From assembly GCF_947568905.1 (NCBI RefSeq), contig NC_079165.1, positions 93,558,001 to 93,622,000 on the forward strand: a stretch of 64,000 nucleotides of DNA, written 5' to 3'. A model generated the notes under the pieces. It saw only the letters and a list, made by a program, of their open reading frames with translations, searched no databases and was not told the DNA's origin. Numbering within the stretch: the first letter of the stretch is position 1; each line of letters starts with the position of its first letter. Made by a program: the position numbers and the translations under genes. Shown here piece after piece: positions 37,538-50,739 of the stretch. The stretch comes from Ostrea edulis. Its lineage: Eukaryota.

Positions 37538-38563
37538 GTAGTCTATTGTTATAAAATTATCAAAAGCCGGCTGCCCGACAAGCTTGGCTGGCTTATACCA
37601 AAGCTGTATTGTTTAGTGCGCAAGAGGGTTGCATTCACAGAAGTGTACATATTATACTGAATGGGAGATCAACTCCCTTAACCCCTCCAATAATTAGTAA
37701 TACGTATGTGTTTTGCAATTAGGAACATTATCATTTGTCGAACTTGCCATCAGTCTACAAAGACATATGAATGTTCATGATATCGAATGGTGACAGATAG
37801 ATGTGCACATGAGAAAATATTAATGTGTACTAAATACCGGTATATCAATGTACCAGGCATGTAGAATCAGGGGACCGCCCCTTCTACTTTTACATGTAAA
37901 ATAACTGATTTTCACAGGTAAAGTAAGATATATTGGCGGATTGGCTCTCACCCTACTTTTTGGTGGTAGTAATGAATGGTAAAAATGCAAGCTTGAAAAT
38001 GAACTGATGAATAGAAGGATGAACGTTGCCCCCACCCCACCCCATCCAATTTTGGAATATGAAGATTTGACAAAAGAGAAGTTTTTTGTTTTTGCCTGTC
38101 AGGAATTTCTCACTTTGAAAAACGGTGCTATTTGTTTGCGTACGATTCTAATTCTCTTTAAAAAAAAATAAACAATAAATCAGCATCATCAACATCCATT
38201 TTGATTATCCAGGCCAAATTAATCCTTTTGCAAGGGCGAGACCTGGCTGTCCTGTCAAGGTCGAAGTTTGTTTTTCCATACTTGGCAATCCAGTGGATTG
38301 ATCCTATCCAATCCTGTTGACTCTTGTTTTACTATCTGATCCCATGTCAGCTTTGGTCTACCTGGAGCTCGATATCCAGTGATATTCAATGTACAAATCT
38401 GTGATATCCAGCCTAGCCATCTCAGCCTACATGTCTGGATAACATCAGTGATGTTTTTGAATGAAGTATGAAGTAAATTATCATTTTTTAATTGAATCGA
38501 AATATAAACTAAGCTGTGGTCACCATATAAATGCAGTAGTAGCCACCATATAAATTAAGCAGC

Positions 38564-39041
38564 GACTGCCAGTTAAATCTATAGCATGTAGTGACTGCCA
38601 GTTAAATCTACAGCATGTAGTGACTGCCAGTTAAATCTATAACATGTAGTGACTGCCAGTTAAATCTATAGCATGTAGTGACTGCCAGTTAAATCTATAG
38701 CATGTAGTGACTGCCAGTTAAATCTATAGCATGTAGCGACTGCCAGTTAAATCTATAGCATGTAGCGACTGCCAGTTAAATCTATAGCATGTAGCGACTG
38801 CCAGTTAAATCTATAGCATGTAGTGACTGCCAGATAAATCTATAGCATGTAGTGACTGCCAGTTAAATCTATAGCATGTAGTGACTGCCAGTTAAATCTA
38901 TAGCATGTAGTGACTGCCAGTTAAATCTATAGCATGTATTGACTGCCAGATAAATCTATAGCATGTAGTGACTGCCAGTTAAATCTATAGCATGTAGTGA
39001 CTGCCAGTTAAATCTATAGCATGTAGTGACTGCCAGATAAT
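38564..39041. repeat. 29-bp minisatellite, about 16.5 copies
   Basis: Unit gactgccagttaaatctatagcatgtagt, highly homogeneous. Confidence 0.98.
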
Positions 39042-39354
39042 AAGACGCGGCTACCAGTTAAATATCAAGCCCCTAACCTGGCACCTACCAGCTTCCGTAT
39101 GTACCAGAATTAAGGGAATGTCTAATAGAAATAATAGTAAGAAAAGAAGAGTAGCTAACAGAAGGTAATAGAGAAACCTAGAAGTACTTGTAAAGAAATG
39201 CCGTCTATATATACACATGCAAGTTAATTATTTTAACAAACTTACAGTAAGCAGGAAAAAGTGCATTTAATTTTTTTTAATTCAACTTGCATATGAATGC
39301 AGTAATTTAAACACACACAACATTCCTCATAACAGTATTCTTATTTTGAATTAG

Positions 39355-39421
<67 letters not shown>
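39355..39421. repeat. (CT)n microsatellite in the putative 3' UTR
   Basis: About 33 CT units with one interruption. Confidence 0.98.
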
Positions 39422-39425
<4 letters not shown>

Positions 39426-39481
39426 GAAATATATAACTGGTATTATTGTTTACAAAAGAAGTTTGATAACGATGACATTTA

Positions 39482-39652
39482 TCAGTCTGAGTCTGGATCT
39501 TGTCTGCCAAAGTGAGTTATCTCAAACTGGTCTAACTGTTTCAGTTGTTCCTCTGGTGTTTCTTCAATCAAGTCTGCCTCTGACTGACTCCTCATGAATG
39601 CTTCTTTCACTTTATTTTTCTTCAGACCTTTACCTTTGGATAATTCTTCTTT
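39482..39652 (-). CDS. Terminal coding exon of unidentified gene A (KEELSKGKG...RQDPDSD*)
   Basis: ttgactttatAG acceptor, phase 0, 56 codons plus TGA; in frame with the exon at 43000-43130. Confidence 0.8.
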   Translation of the reverse strand, partial: KEELSKGKGLKKNKVKEAFMRSQSEADLIEETPEEQLKQLDQFEITHFGRQDPDSD

Positions 39653-40545
39653 CTATAAAGTCAATTGAACAACAACACATGTTAAACGGCACTACTTATA
39701 CGACATAATGCACCTATTTGGTGAATAGTATATTATTCCTGAAACATTACAGTGTGTGCAAGTTTTCTGTTATATTGTTGTTTTGGTATGTGTGTTTAGC
39801 TCAAGTGAGCTTTTCTGATTGAAATTTGTTCGCTGCCTGTCCTCCTCATCATAAACTTTTCACAATTTTATCTCCTTCTCCAGAACCACTATGCTACATT
39901 GTAGTATCAGCTAACCTTGGTACAGAGAATCCTTGAGTGAAGGGGATTCAAGTTTATTCAAATGATGCGTCATCAACTTCCCTTCTAAAGAGACTATAGA
40001 GAGATAATAAAAAGGCAAAAACTAGGATGGGTCATTTAAAAATCTTCTCAAGAATGAATGGGCCAAGAAAGATGAAAGTTATGTGGAAGCTTTCTGAAGT
40101 ATGACGATTCATTTATAGTCTGTCAAAATCATGCCCAGGGGTCAGATGGGGCTACAATAAGGAATTAAAGTTTTACATAGGAATATTTAGGACAAATTAA
40201 TCTTTAAAAACAAAATTCTTCTTCTCAAGAACAGCAAGGACATAATTAGTAGTGATTGATGGGCAGTCGGGGGGAAAAAGTTAATCGATAAATCGGATTA
40301 ATCAGTTGCACCTTTACGATTGATTAATTGAAAAATAATCGTTCTCAGTCATTTCAAATTTATTGCATCAATATATTTTTCCTTTATTTTACCCAGAATT
40401 ATCTTAATTAGAATAAAATCATTAAATATTAGAACAATTAATAATCTCATACATGTACTTTCGATTTTGTTTTCCCGAGATAGGGACAGATCTCTTGACC
40501 TTTACCTTCGTCAACAATTTTCACGACAGGAATATTTGTATTATA

Positions 40546-41785
40546 AACAAGAGGCCCACAGGCCTTATTGGTCACCTAAGTACTAGTGAAAAAGTATCAC
40601 TACTCCCAAGGGCTTTGAAATCTAAAAAAAAAAATCCTGTTCTGAATTTAATATATCTAAGCTAAATTCTAATGTTCAGCAACATTATAAAACAAGATGT
40701 GTTCTTAAAACTTCAATGTCCTCAAAAGTGCATACATTGATGAAAGGCTTTATGAAATATAATAGGTGTATTAACATTAAAACATTAAAAAATATTACTA
40801 ATTTGGACTCATCCCAGAGTCAAAACCTGGGTTGTGAAATTCACCATTTTTTGTACATCCTTTTCTGCTATTCCTAAGTATGCATTTAGATTTTATACAG
40901 TATCAGCTAACTTACACATGCATAAACACTGTAAACTAAGTGTGGCCCCACCCTAGGGTCAGAACCCCTATCCTGGGGATCATGAAATTTACAATTTTAG
41001 TAGAGGCCTTACTGCTCCACATCACTAAGTATTTAGTTTTTCTTAAACATGTGCGGTTGTAGAGAAGAAGATTTTTGAAAATTGGTCAATTTTGGGCAGT
41101 TTTTGCCCCACCCCTAAGGCCCAAAGAATCCTAAAATTTACAAATTATGTCCCCCTTGTTCCAAAGATGCTTTGTACCAAATTTGAATGGTAGTTATCAA
41201 GAATTTAAAAATGTCTATTGTTTACACATTTAATAATTGACCATTTTGGACCCACCCTAATACCAAAACCCAAACCCCTGGGATCATCAAATTTTCAATT
41301 ATGGTAAAGGACTACCGGGGGTACCTGCTCTTTCTAAATATTCATTTAGTTACAATTCAGTATCAATAGCACTTAAGAAGATTTTATTTACGTGTTTTAC
41401 ACATAAACACTATATAGTAAGTTTGACCCCACCCTGGGGTCAGAACTCCTACCCTGGGGATCATGAAGTTTACAATTTTGATAGAGGCCTTCCTGCTCTA
41501 TATCACTATACATATTTTTTTTTTCACATTTTTTTTTTTTTTGTTCTTGAGAAGATTTTTGAAATTTGGTCAATTTTGGGCAGTTTTTGCCCCACCCCTA
41601 AGGCCCCAGGGGTGCATGAGTCCTGAAATTTACAATTTTTGTTCCTCTTGTCCCAAAGATGCTTCATTTCAAATTTGAAAGAATTGGAATGGTTAGTTAT
41701 CAAGAAATTAAAATTGTTCAATTGTTAACACACGATAAAGGACACACGATAAAGGACGATAACCAATTGCAATAGGTCACTTGAG
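40546..41785 (+). mobile_element. Helentron-type non-autonomous element with internal repeats, in an intron of gene A
   Basis: aaacaagaggcccacaggcc..ggtcacct head; aggtcacttgagtttactcaggtaacctaaaa 3' hairpin; repeated gaaatttacaatttt units. Confidence 0.8.
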
Positions 41786-42999
41786 TTTACTCAGGTAACC
41801 TAAAAATACACCGATGTGGGAGATTTTCAATTTTCAAAATGAAAATTGATTGTTCACATCGTTTCAATTATAGGGACCGACATCGAAAGTCGGCGATAAA
41901 CAGTACAACACCAATAATTACAGGCAAGCATCCTCTGGTAGTGTAGTTTCAAGTTTGTTTAAATCATGACCTCAGAGGTTAAGGTGGGATCAAAATAGAT
42001 TGATAAAGTTTTATAAATTTTATAAGGGGAGACTTTAAACTATAAAAACTTTTTTCTCAAGAGCAACAAAGCTGTAATGATTAGTCAGATTTCAATCCTA
42101 GCATTGTTAAGGATTTACATGAGTTTCAGATATTTGAATTTGACCCACTGGGGTAGGATGGGAGGACAATATGGTGTCAAAGTTTTACATATGAATACAT
42201 AGTGTGTAAAGTCTTTAAATATTCACCCCACGAACAATAAGGCTATAATCAGTTATGAAGATAAGCAATGCAGATTCCAGTTTATTCAAACCATGGCCCT
42301 GAAGGGTAGGGTGGGCCACAATAGGGGATACAATTTTTACATGGGAAACAATTTTTAATAAAAAAAACATTCTAAAGAACAGCAAGGCCACCGTTATTCA
42401 TTTTAATATTCAAGCATCCTTAGGTACTGCAAATTCAAATTCTTCAATCATAACCGGAAGAAGATGTTGGGAGTGGGGTGGGTGGGGAGTTAGGATGGAG
42501 CTTCATGCAATCAGGGATCAAAGTTTTACGTAAGAATGTATATGAGAAAATCTTTAAAACTCTTAATCATAAGAGTATCAGGACCAGAGTTAGTTAAGTT
42601 AGAATTAGTTAAGAGTAGTAATGATCATGCAAATCAATGTCCCAAGTGTAAGTTTGGACCACACAATAGATTCAAACTTTTATATGGAAATATATAGGGG
42701 CAGAATTTAAATGTCTTCTCAAGAACAACAGGGCAATGAATAGTATGCAATCATCCGTAGGTACACTGTAGTACAGATCCAAGTTTGTTTGAACCATTGT
42801 CTCAGTAGGAAGGTTGGAGCCACAACAAAGATCAAAATTATTTACATGGAAATATAAGATAAATTTCTTTTAGAAATCTTCTACACAACACTGGCCATTA
42901 TTAGTTATATTAATTAATATGCAAGCATTTCAATGTAGTGCAGTTACTTTATTGGGGTACATGCATGTACATAGGTACTGGTAAATAAATCAACTTTAC

Positions 43000-43130
43000 C
43001 ATCCGTCTTTCTTCTCTGTGCTTTTGAAGCAGTTGTATGTCTTGTTCCCGGGTTTGTGCATATTTCTGAATAAGCCTATATTCCTCTAATCTCTCCATTG
43101 TTTTAGCTTTGACCATGAATTCATTTAAAA
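43000..43130 (-). CDS. Internal coding exon of gene A (VLNEFMVKAK...HREERRM), coiled-coil-like
   Basis: tatttttcAG acceptor and ATG|GTAAAG donor; 131 nt, phase 1 to phase 0, open. Confidence 0.82.
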
Positions 43131-43521
43131 CTGAAAAATACAATTCATGTACTAAAGTATATTACAACAAGAGGGCTTAAAATCATTCACCGCTGAAAAC
43201 TGCCACAAAACCTATAGTGACTAATATTGGATTGGATGCAAACTACATGAATACAATGTACATTAGAAAATTTTGAAATATCTATTCAATTCCATTCTCA
43301 TACAGGCTAAATAGGAAAATATGTAAATAAGATTCCTCCTACTGTTTTGAACTTATAAAATTGAGAAATCATAGGAATAAATTACATTCCATATGGTAAA
43401 TTGTATTCATATTACCTATAAAAATATTTGATTTAGTTTTCATTTTCATCATTCTTGACAAAAGTTAATTTGTAGTAATTAGTATCGTTAACTCATATCT
43501 GTTTTGATTTGACAAGAAAGA

Positions 43522-46500
43522 AACAGTGTATGTATAATGACGCTGACACTGGGAGTCAGTAATCCAGGTAACAGTGTATGTATAATGATGCTGACACTGG
43601 GCATAATTAATCCAGGTAACAGTGTATGTATAATGATGCTGACACTGGGCATAATTAATCCAGATAACAGTGTATGTATAATGATGCTGACACTGGGAGT
43701 CAGTAATCCAGGTAACAGTGTATGTATAATGATGCTGACACTGGGAGTCAGTAATCCAGGTAACAGTGTATGTATAATGACGCTGACACTGGGAGTCAGT
43801 AATCCAGATAACAGTGTATGTATAATGATGCTGACACTGGGCGTAGTTAATCCAGGTAACAGTGTATGTATAATGATGCTGACACTGGGCATAATTAATC
43901 CAGGTAACAGTGTATGTATAATGATGCTGACACTGGGAGTCAGTAATCAAGGTAACAGTGTATGTATAATGACCCTGACACTGGGCATAGTTAATCCAGG
44001 TAAAAGTGTATGTATAATGATGCTGACACTGGGAGTCGGTAATCCAGGTAACAGTGTATGGATAATGACCCTGACACTGGGAGTCGGTAATCCAGGTAAC
44101 AGTGTATGGATAATGACCCTGAAACTGGGAGTCAGTAATTGAGGTAACAGTGTATGTATAATGATGCTGACACTGGGCGTAATTAATCCAGGTAACAGTG
44201 TATGTATAATGATGCTGACACTGGGAGTCGGTAATCCAGGTAACAGTGTGTGTATAATGATGCTGACACTGGGAGTCGGTAATCCAGGTAACAGTGTATG
44301 TATAATGATGCTGACACTGGGAGTCAGTAATCCAGATAACAGTGTATGTATAATGATGCTGACACTGGGAGTCGGTAATCCAGGTAACAGTGTATGTATA
44401 ATGATGCTGACACTGGGCGTAGTTAATCCAGGTAACAGTGTATGTATAATGATGCTGACACTGGGAGTCGGTAATCCAGGTAACAGTGTATGTATAATGA
44501 TGCTGACACTGGGCGTAGTTAATCCAGGTAACAGTGTATGTATAATGATGCTGACACTGGGCGTAGTTAATCCAGGTAACAGTATATGTATAATGATGCT
44601 GACACTGGGAGTCGGTAATCCAGGTAACAGTGTATGTATAATGATGCTGACACTGGGAGTCAGTAATCCAGGTAACAGTGTATGTATAATGATGCTGACA
44701 CTGGGCGTAGTTAATCCAGGTAACAGTGTATGTATAATGATGCTGACACTGGGAGTCGGTAATCCAGGTAACAGTGTATGTATAATGATGCTGACACTGG
44801 GCGTAGTTAATCCAGGTAACAGTGTATGTATAATGATGCTGACACTGGGCGTAGTTAATCCAGGTAACAGTATATGTATAATGATGCTGACACTGGGAGT
44901 CGGTAATCCAGGTAACAGTGTATGTATAATGATGCTGACACTGGGAGTCAGTAATCCAGGTAACAGTGTATGTATAATGACGCTGACACTGGGCGTAGTT
45001 AATCCAGGTAACAGTGTATGTATAAAGATGCTGACACTGGGAGTCAGTAATCCAGGTAACAGTGTATATATAATGATGCTGACACTGGGCGTAGTTAATC
45101 CAGGTAACAGTGTATGTATAAAGATGCTGACACTGGGAGTCAGTAATCCAGGTAACAGTGTATGTATAATGATGCTGACACTGGGAGTCAGTAATCCAGG
45201 TAACAGTGTATGTATAATGATGCTGACACTGGGAGTCAGTAATCCAGGTAACAGTGTATGTATAATGATGCTGACACTGGGAGTCAGTAATCCAGGTAAC
45301 AGTGTATGTATAATGATGCTGACACTGGGCATAATTAATCCAGGTAACAGTGTATGTATAATGATGCTGACACTGGGAGTCGGTAATCCAGGTAACAGTG
45401 TATGTATAATGATGCTGACACTGGGCGTAGTTAATCCAGGTAACAGTGTATGTATAATGATGCTGACACTGGGAGTCGGTAATCCAGGTAACAGTGTATG
45501 TATAATGATGCTGACACTGGGCGTAGTTAATCCAGGTAACAGTGTATGTATAATGATGCTGACACTGGGCATAGTTAATCCAGGTAACAGTATATGTATA
45601 ATGATGCTGACACTGGGAGTCGGTAATCCAGGTAACAGTGTATGTATAATGATGCTGACACTGGGAGTCAGTAATCCAGGTAACAGTGTATGTATAATGA
45701 TGCTGACACTGGGCGTAGTTAATCCAGGTAACAGTGTATGTATAATGATGCTGACACTGGGCGTAGTTAATCCAGGTAACAGTGTATGTATAATGATGCT
45801 GACACTGGGAGTCGGTAATCCAGGTAACAGTGTATGTATAATGATGCTGACACTGGGCGTAGTTAATCCAGGTAACAGTGTATGTATAATGATGCTGACA
45901 CTGGGCGTAGTTAATCCAGGTAACAGTATATGTATAATGATGCTGACACTGGGAGTCGGTAATCCAGGTAACAGTGTATGTATAATGATGCTGACACTGG
46001 GAGTCAGTAATCCAGGTAACAGTGTATGTATAATGACGCTGACACTGGGCGTAGTTAATCCAGGTAACAGTGTATGTATAAAGATGCTGACACTGGGAGT
46101 CAGTAATCCAGGTAACAGTGTATATATAATGATGCTGACACTGGGCGTAGTTAATCCAGGTAACAGTGTATGTATAAAGATGCTGACACTGGGAGTCAGT
46201 AATCCAGGTAACAGTGTATGTATAATGATGCTGACACTGGGAGTCAGTAATCCAGGTAACAGTGTATGTATAATGATGCTGACACTGGGAGTCAGTAATC
46301 CAGGTAACAGTGTATGTATAATGATGCTGACACTGGGAGTCAGTAATCCAGGTAACAGTGTATGTATAATGATGCTGACACTGGGCATAATTAATCCAGG
46401 TAACAGTGTATGTATAATGATGCTGACACTGGGAGTCAGTAATCCAGGTAACAGTGTATGTATAATGATGCTGACACTGGGCATAGTTAATCCAGGTAAC

Positions 46501-47219
46501 AGTGTACGGATAATGATGCTGACACTGGGAGTAAGTAATCCAGGTAACAGTGTACGGATAATGATGCTGACACTGGGAGTCGGTAATCCAGGTAACAGTG
46601 TATGTATAAAGATGCTGACACTGGGAGTCAGTAATCCAGGTAACAGTGTATGTATAATGACGCTGACACTGGGAGTCAGTAATCCAGGTAACAGTGTATG
46701 TATAATGATGCTGACACTGGGCGTAGTTAATCCAGGTAACAGTGTATGTATAATGATGCTGACACTGGGCGTAGTTAATCCAGGTAACAGTGTATGTATA
46801 ATGATGCTGACACTGGGAGTCCGTAATCCAGGTAACAGTGTATGTATAATGATGCTGACACTGGGCGTAGTTAATCCAGGTAACAGTGTACGGATAATGA
46901 TGCTGACACTGGGAGTAAGTAATCCAGGTAACAGTGTACGGATAATGATGCTGACACTGGGAGTAAGTAATCAAGGTAACAGTGTATGTATAATGATGCT
47001 GACACTGGGAGTAAGTAATCCAGGTAACAGTGTACGGATAATGATGCTGACACTGGGAGTAAGTAATCAAGGTAACAGTGTATGTATAATGATGCTGACA
47101 CTGGGAGTCAGTAATCCAGATAACAGTGTATGTATAATGATGCTGACACTGGGCGTAGTTAATCCAGGTAACAGTGTATGTATAATGATGCTGACACTGG
47201 GCATAATTAATCCAGGAAA
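43522..47219. repeat. 48-bp minisatellite, about 77 copies, intronic in gene A
   Basis: Unit ccaggtaacagtgtatgtataatgatgctgacactgggagtcagtaat with two main variants; it generates the 845-1264 aa ORFs. Confidence 0.99.
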
Positions 47220-47969
47220 CAATGCGAAACTCTGCCTTAGTGTGACAATCGTTAGTCAATGCAGATTACTCATTTTGCTATATGTTTGTCAAAGATGGAG
47301 TAAAATGCTAAACACACACACAAGTAACAAACCAACCCAATGAATATAATTTCTTGAATTGGTGAAAATAACAGGAATTCAAACAAAAAAGCTAATTCTT
47401 TCACAAAGGTAACATAAACTAATTCAAATACATAACAACCTTGGTGCATTAAAATATGATGAGATTTTATTTGACATAGGACCTTAGTAGAAGGATATAT
47501 ATAATGTCACTTAATTAGCACTCTTTTTAATCATATAAAATGAAAGAAAAAGTGAGCAAACTCACAAACGCCACACTCCAATATTGCTTGACAATTCACG
47601 AGAGAATTCGATGCATTGTAAGCTATGACATATGTAACGTAGTGCAGTAGGCTGTGACATCATAGTTAACAATGCATCAAATTCAAGGATCACAACCCCC
47701 TTGGCACGCAAAAGATCGTTTCCCTGATGTTCGAAAAAGAGTAGGTTCACTGGGGGCCATCAGGGAAACTCAAAAACTCACAACCAAACATCATTCAATT
47801 AGTTAACCGCCGTAAAATGGCTGAAATATTGCCAAAACGGCGTCAAACCCCAAGCAATTAATCAATCACTCATGTATGCCATCGTATTACATCCAAGATC
47901 TATGTCGAGTGTGCGAGACATTCGAAGAGTTATGATAATAGCATGCATGCGATCAGTTGAAAATCTTAA

Positions 47970-48310
47970 TTTTTAAAAAAATGAATTATTTTCTTTATGT
48001 AGAAAGAAAAGTTAGCAAGCACACATACCCCAAGTTCCAACATTGCTTGATAATGCCTTACATAATGAATGGTAATGCTATGCATTATTGCAAGAACAGG
48101 TCAGATGAGCTCGAAATTCTAAGTTCAAAAGGGGCATAACTCCCAGAAAAATTATCGAATCAGAATTTCCTGGGAATATGCACATCTTCACAGTGTGTCC
48201 TTATTAACTGCAAAGTTTCACGAAATTCTGTTGAGCAGTCTCAGAGGAGTTGCGCTGACAAGAAACGGACTTATGGACGGGTCAAAAACATACCCTCCGG
48301 GGAATAAAAA
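47970..48310 (+). mobile_element. Partial Helentron-type non-autonomous element
   Basis: aagttcaaaaggggcataactcc..aagtttca.gaaattctg..gagttgcgctgacaag..gacggac..aaaaacataccctccg. Confidence 0.6.
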
Positions 48311-48618
48311 GAAATTCCTTCTGAAGCCAGAAGGACAATCCCATTAAAAGGGATATCAAAACATTGGATTTACTTTCAATTTTCAGATTTGGAGTGAATG
48401 CTTTACTATGATATATTCATCTCCAAAGTAAGACAGTCAAGTAATCCCTGACTGTATTATTCTAAGCACGTGAAGTTTATCTGACAAAAAAAGACACATA
48501 CTCCACCAACATTTTTGATAATACATGTTTGTCATTTTGAAACAAAATTTACTGACAATAAGCCAATGATCCACAGAAAATCCTTCCTAATAAATGTATT
48601 AGAATTCAAACTATTTAC

Positions 48619-48657
48619 CTTTATCATCTGTTTCAGGAACTGCAGTCATTACCATGC
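48619..48657 (-). CDS. 39-nt internal coding exon of gene A (MVMTAVPETDDK)
   Basis: atttcaattttAG acceptor and AAG|GTAAAT donor; phase 1/1, in frame with the next exon. Confidence 0.7.
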
Positions 48658-49379
48658 CTAAAATTGAAATATTATTTTGAAAAATTTTCACCACTACTTT
48701 AATCAATGTCATTGTACTACTTTATATGACACATGAATTATTTTTGTATCCCAACTGGTACAGTATAGGACTCAGCTTGGTTTTACTCTAGACTCATTCC
48801 AGTTTTGGAACAATGAATGTTTAAAGTGTGGTAGCTAGTTAAGCTAATAACTTAACTTAAGCTAATAACTTTTTTTGACATTAAACATGATATCGATATG
48901 GGTTGAGTATCACTGCCCAAAAAGTATACTACGATTTACATTATAAAAATTTTGACTGTGTATTACAACATATATTGATATGTATCACCTTTGAATTCAT
49001 ACTATATAAACTATCATAGCAACTTGAACTGCAAGCTTAATCTTCAGTGTCATCTACTTGTAAAATAGTTGTAAATGAAATAATTAAAACACCAATTTAT
49101 TGAGCAAAAAGGCATGTCATATATAAAACAAGATTTAAAAAAAACAACAGTATATGCAATTGAAAAGATAATTAAAGCGATCAGATTAATATGAGAATTT
49201 TAAACACATCATTGTAAAAATACTATCAAAATAGCCACATTAATAGAAAAAAAACCTAGTTCATAATTATTCTATCATATGATACGATACACTGTTATCA
49301 TTTATTGTCATCTACCGGAATACTGGTATATCTAAACACTCATATAATATATCAGATCAAATGAAATGTTGGCTCCTTA

Positions 49380-49579
49380 NNNNNNNNNNNNNNNNNNNNN
49401 NNNNNNNNNNNNNNNNNNNNNNNNNNNNNNNNNNNNNNNNNNNNNNNNNNNNNNNNNNNNNNNNNNNNNNNNNNNNNNNNNNNNNNNNNNNNNNNNNNNN
49501 NNNNNNNNNNNNNNNNNNNNNNNNNNNNNNNNNNNNNNNNNNNNNNNNNNNNNNNNNNNNNNNNNNNNNNNNNNNNNNN
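49380..49579. other. Assembly gap (200 N)
   Basis: Run of N. Confidence 1.
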
Positions 49580-49920
49580 CCTTCTTTTCAGTTGATATGT
49601 GCATTATTATTATTGTTTTTCAATAGGATTTCTCACATATGACATATTGAAAGACTGTTCACGGTATTCCTTTACTTCACAGAAATATAACACTTTAAAG
49701 TTACCTAAAAGGTAGAAAAACACAATCAATACACAAAGTGGAAAATTTCGAACGCCATAAAGGGGGGGGGGGGGTATTGAACTGGAAAGGGGGGAAGGTG
49801 GGGAGAGACAACAAAGTCCCGTCCACAAGCAACTGTTTACCAAATTTGCCAGTAACGTGATGCATATTTGATGTCCTCAAATAACATAATATTTACATTC
49901 ACTGAGTCTTTTTCTCTTAC

Positions 49921-49989
49921 ATTTCTTTTGAAATTGCTTTCACCATGCAATAAATACATGGTTTGATCCTGTTTCCTAGAACCACCTGT
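49921..49989 (-). CDS. Candidate upstream exon of gene A (69 nt)
   Basis: gattttgcAG acceptor and GTAAGA donor; open only in phase 0 or 2, so it cannot join the 48657 exon directly. Confidence 0.35.
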
Positions 49990-50739
49990 CTGCAAAATCA
50001 TTGCCAAATATGGAGTGTCATCAAGGTCAAAGAGTGCATTGGCTGTTCCATTTAACGTAACAAATGGGTCAACCACTTGATATTTTAGATCTTAATTCTA
50101 GTTTATATTTCGAAATAATAGTGTACATAAGATATAAATAATAAAATGTCTTTATTTGTTGTTTCATCGGGTGAAATTTGCATTTTTTCTGCAATGCTAG
50201 CTACTTTCACCACCCGATGAAACAACAAAGAAAGACATTTTATTGTTGAATTAGCACGTTATTTGAAGAGGGCATGCAACAGTTCAATTGTTGCGCGCAT
50301 CAATTCAGCAGAATAATTAATGCTATCAATAATTCTGTTCATGCACGCAATAATTCAGTATTGGGTATATCATTAATTATTTGAATAGATCTTTAAATTT
50401 CATTGCATCTAATGAATTGGTGATATTTTGAAATAATAAAGATATATTCTATTATTTGAGTTTATGTTAATTTGGTGCTCCATAGATATACGCCTGCATT
50501 AGAGGCAAACGAATTTAGGTTACATGTGTCTTCGAGGGCAAAAATAATTTAAGAAGGAAGGAGTTTAGTGATGGGCTATATGGACCGTGGATATCGGCTT
50601 GGGTGGTGGTTAGAGCACCTGACTAGTATTACAGGGGGACTTTCTCCTTTCCTGTTATATCTAGTAAATAAGTGCATCTCGTTATTACAAAAGCTGGTTG
50701 GGCTTATTTTTTAAAAAGTAAACTAAAAAGTTAACTCTT

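Noticed and set aside
43522-47219. CRISPR-like appearance of the long repeat arrays (also 38564-39041)
   Set aside because: Pure tandem units with no unique spacers, eukaryotic context, no cas genes.
43488-47343. 845-aa, 1060-aa, 201-aa and 134-aa ORFs in other frames of the 48-bp array
   Set aside because: They result from a stop-free unit of length divisible by three; common variants are non-synonymous in these frames and there is no splice or expression support.
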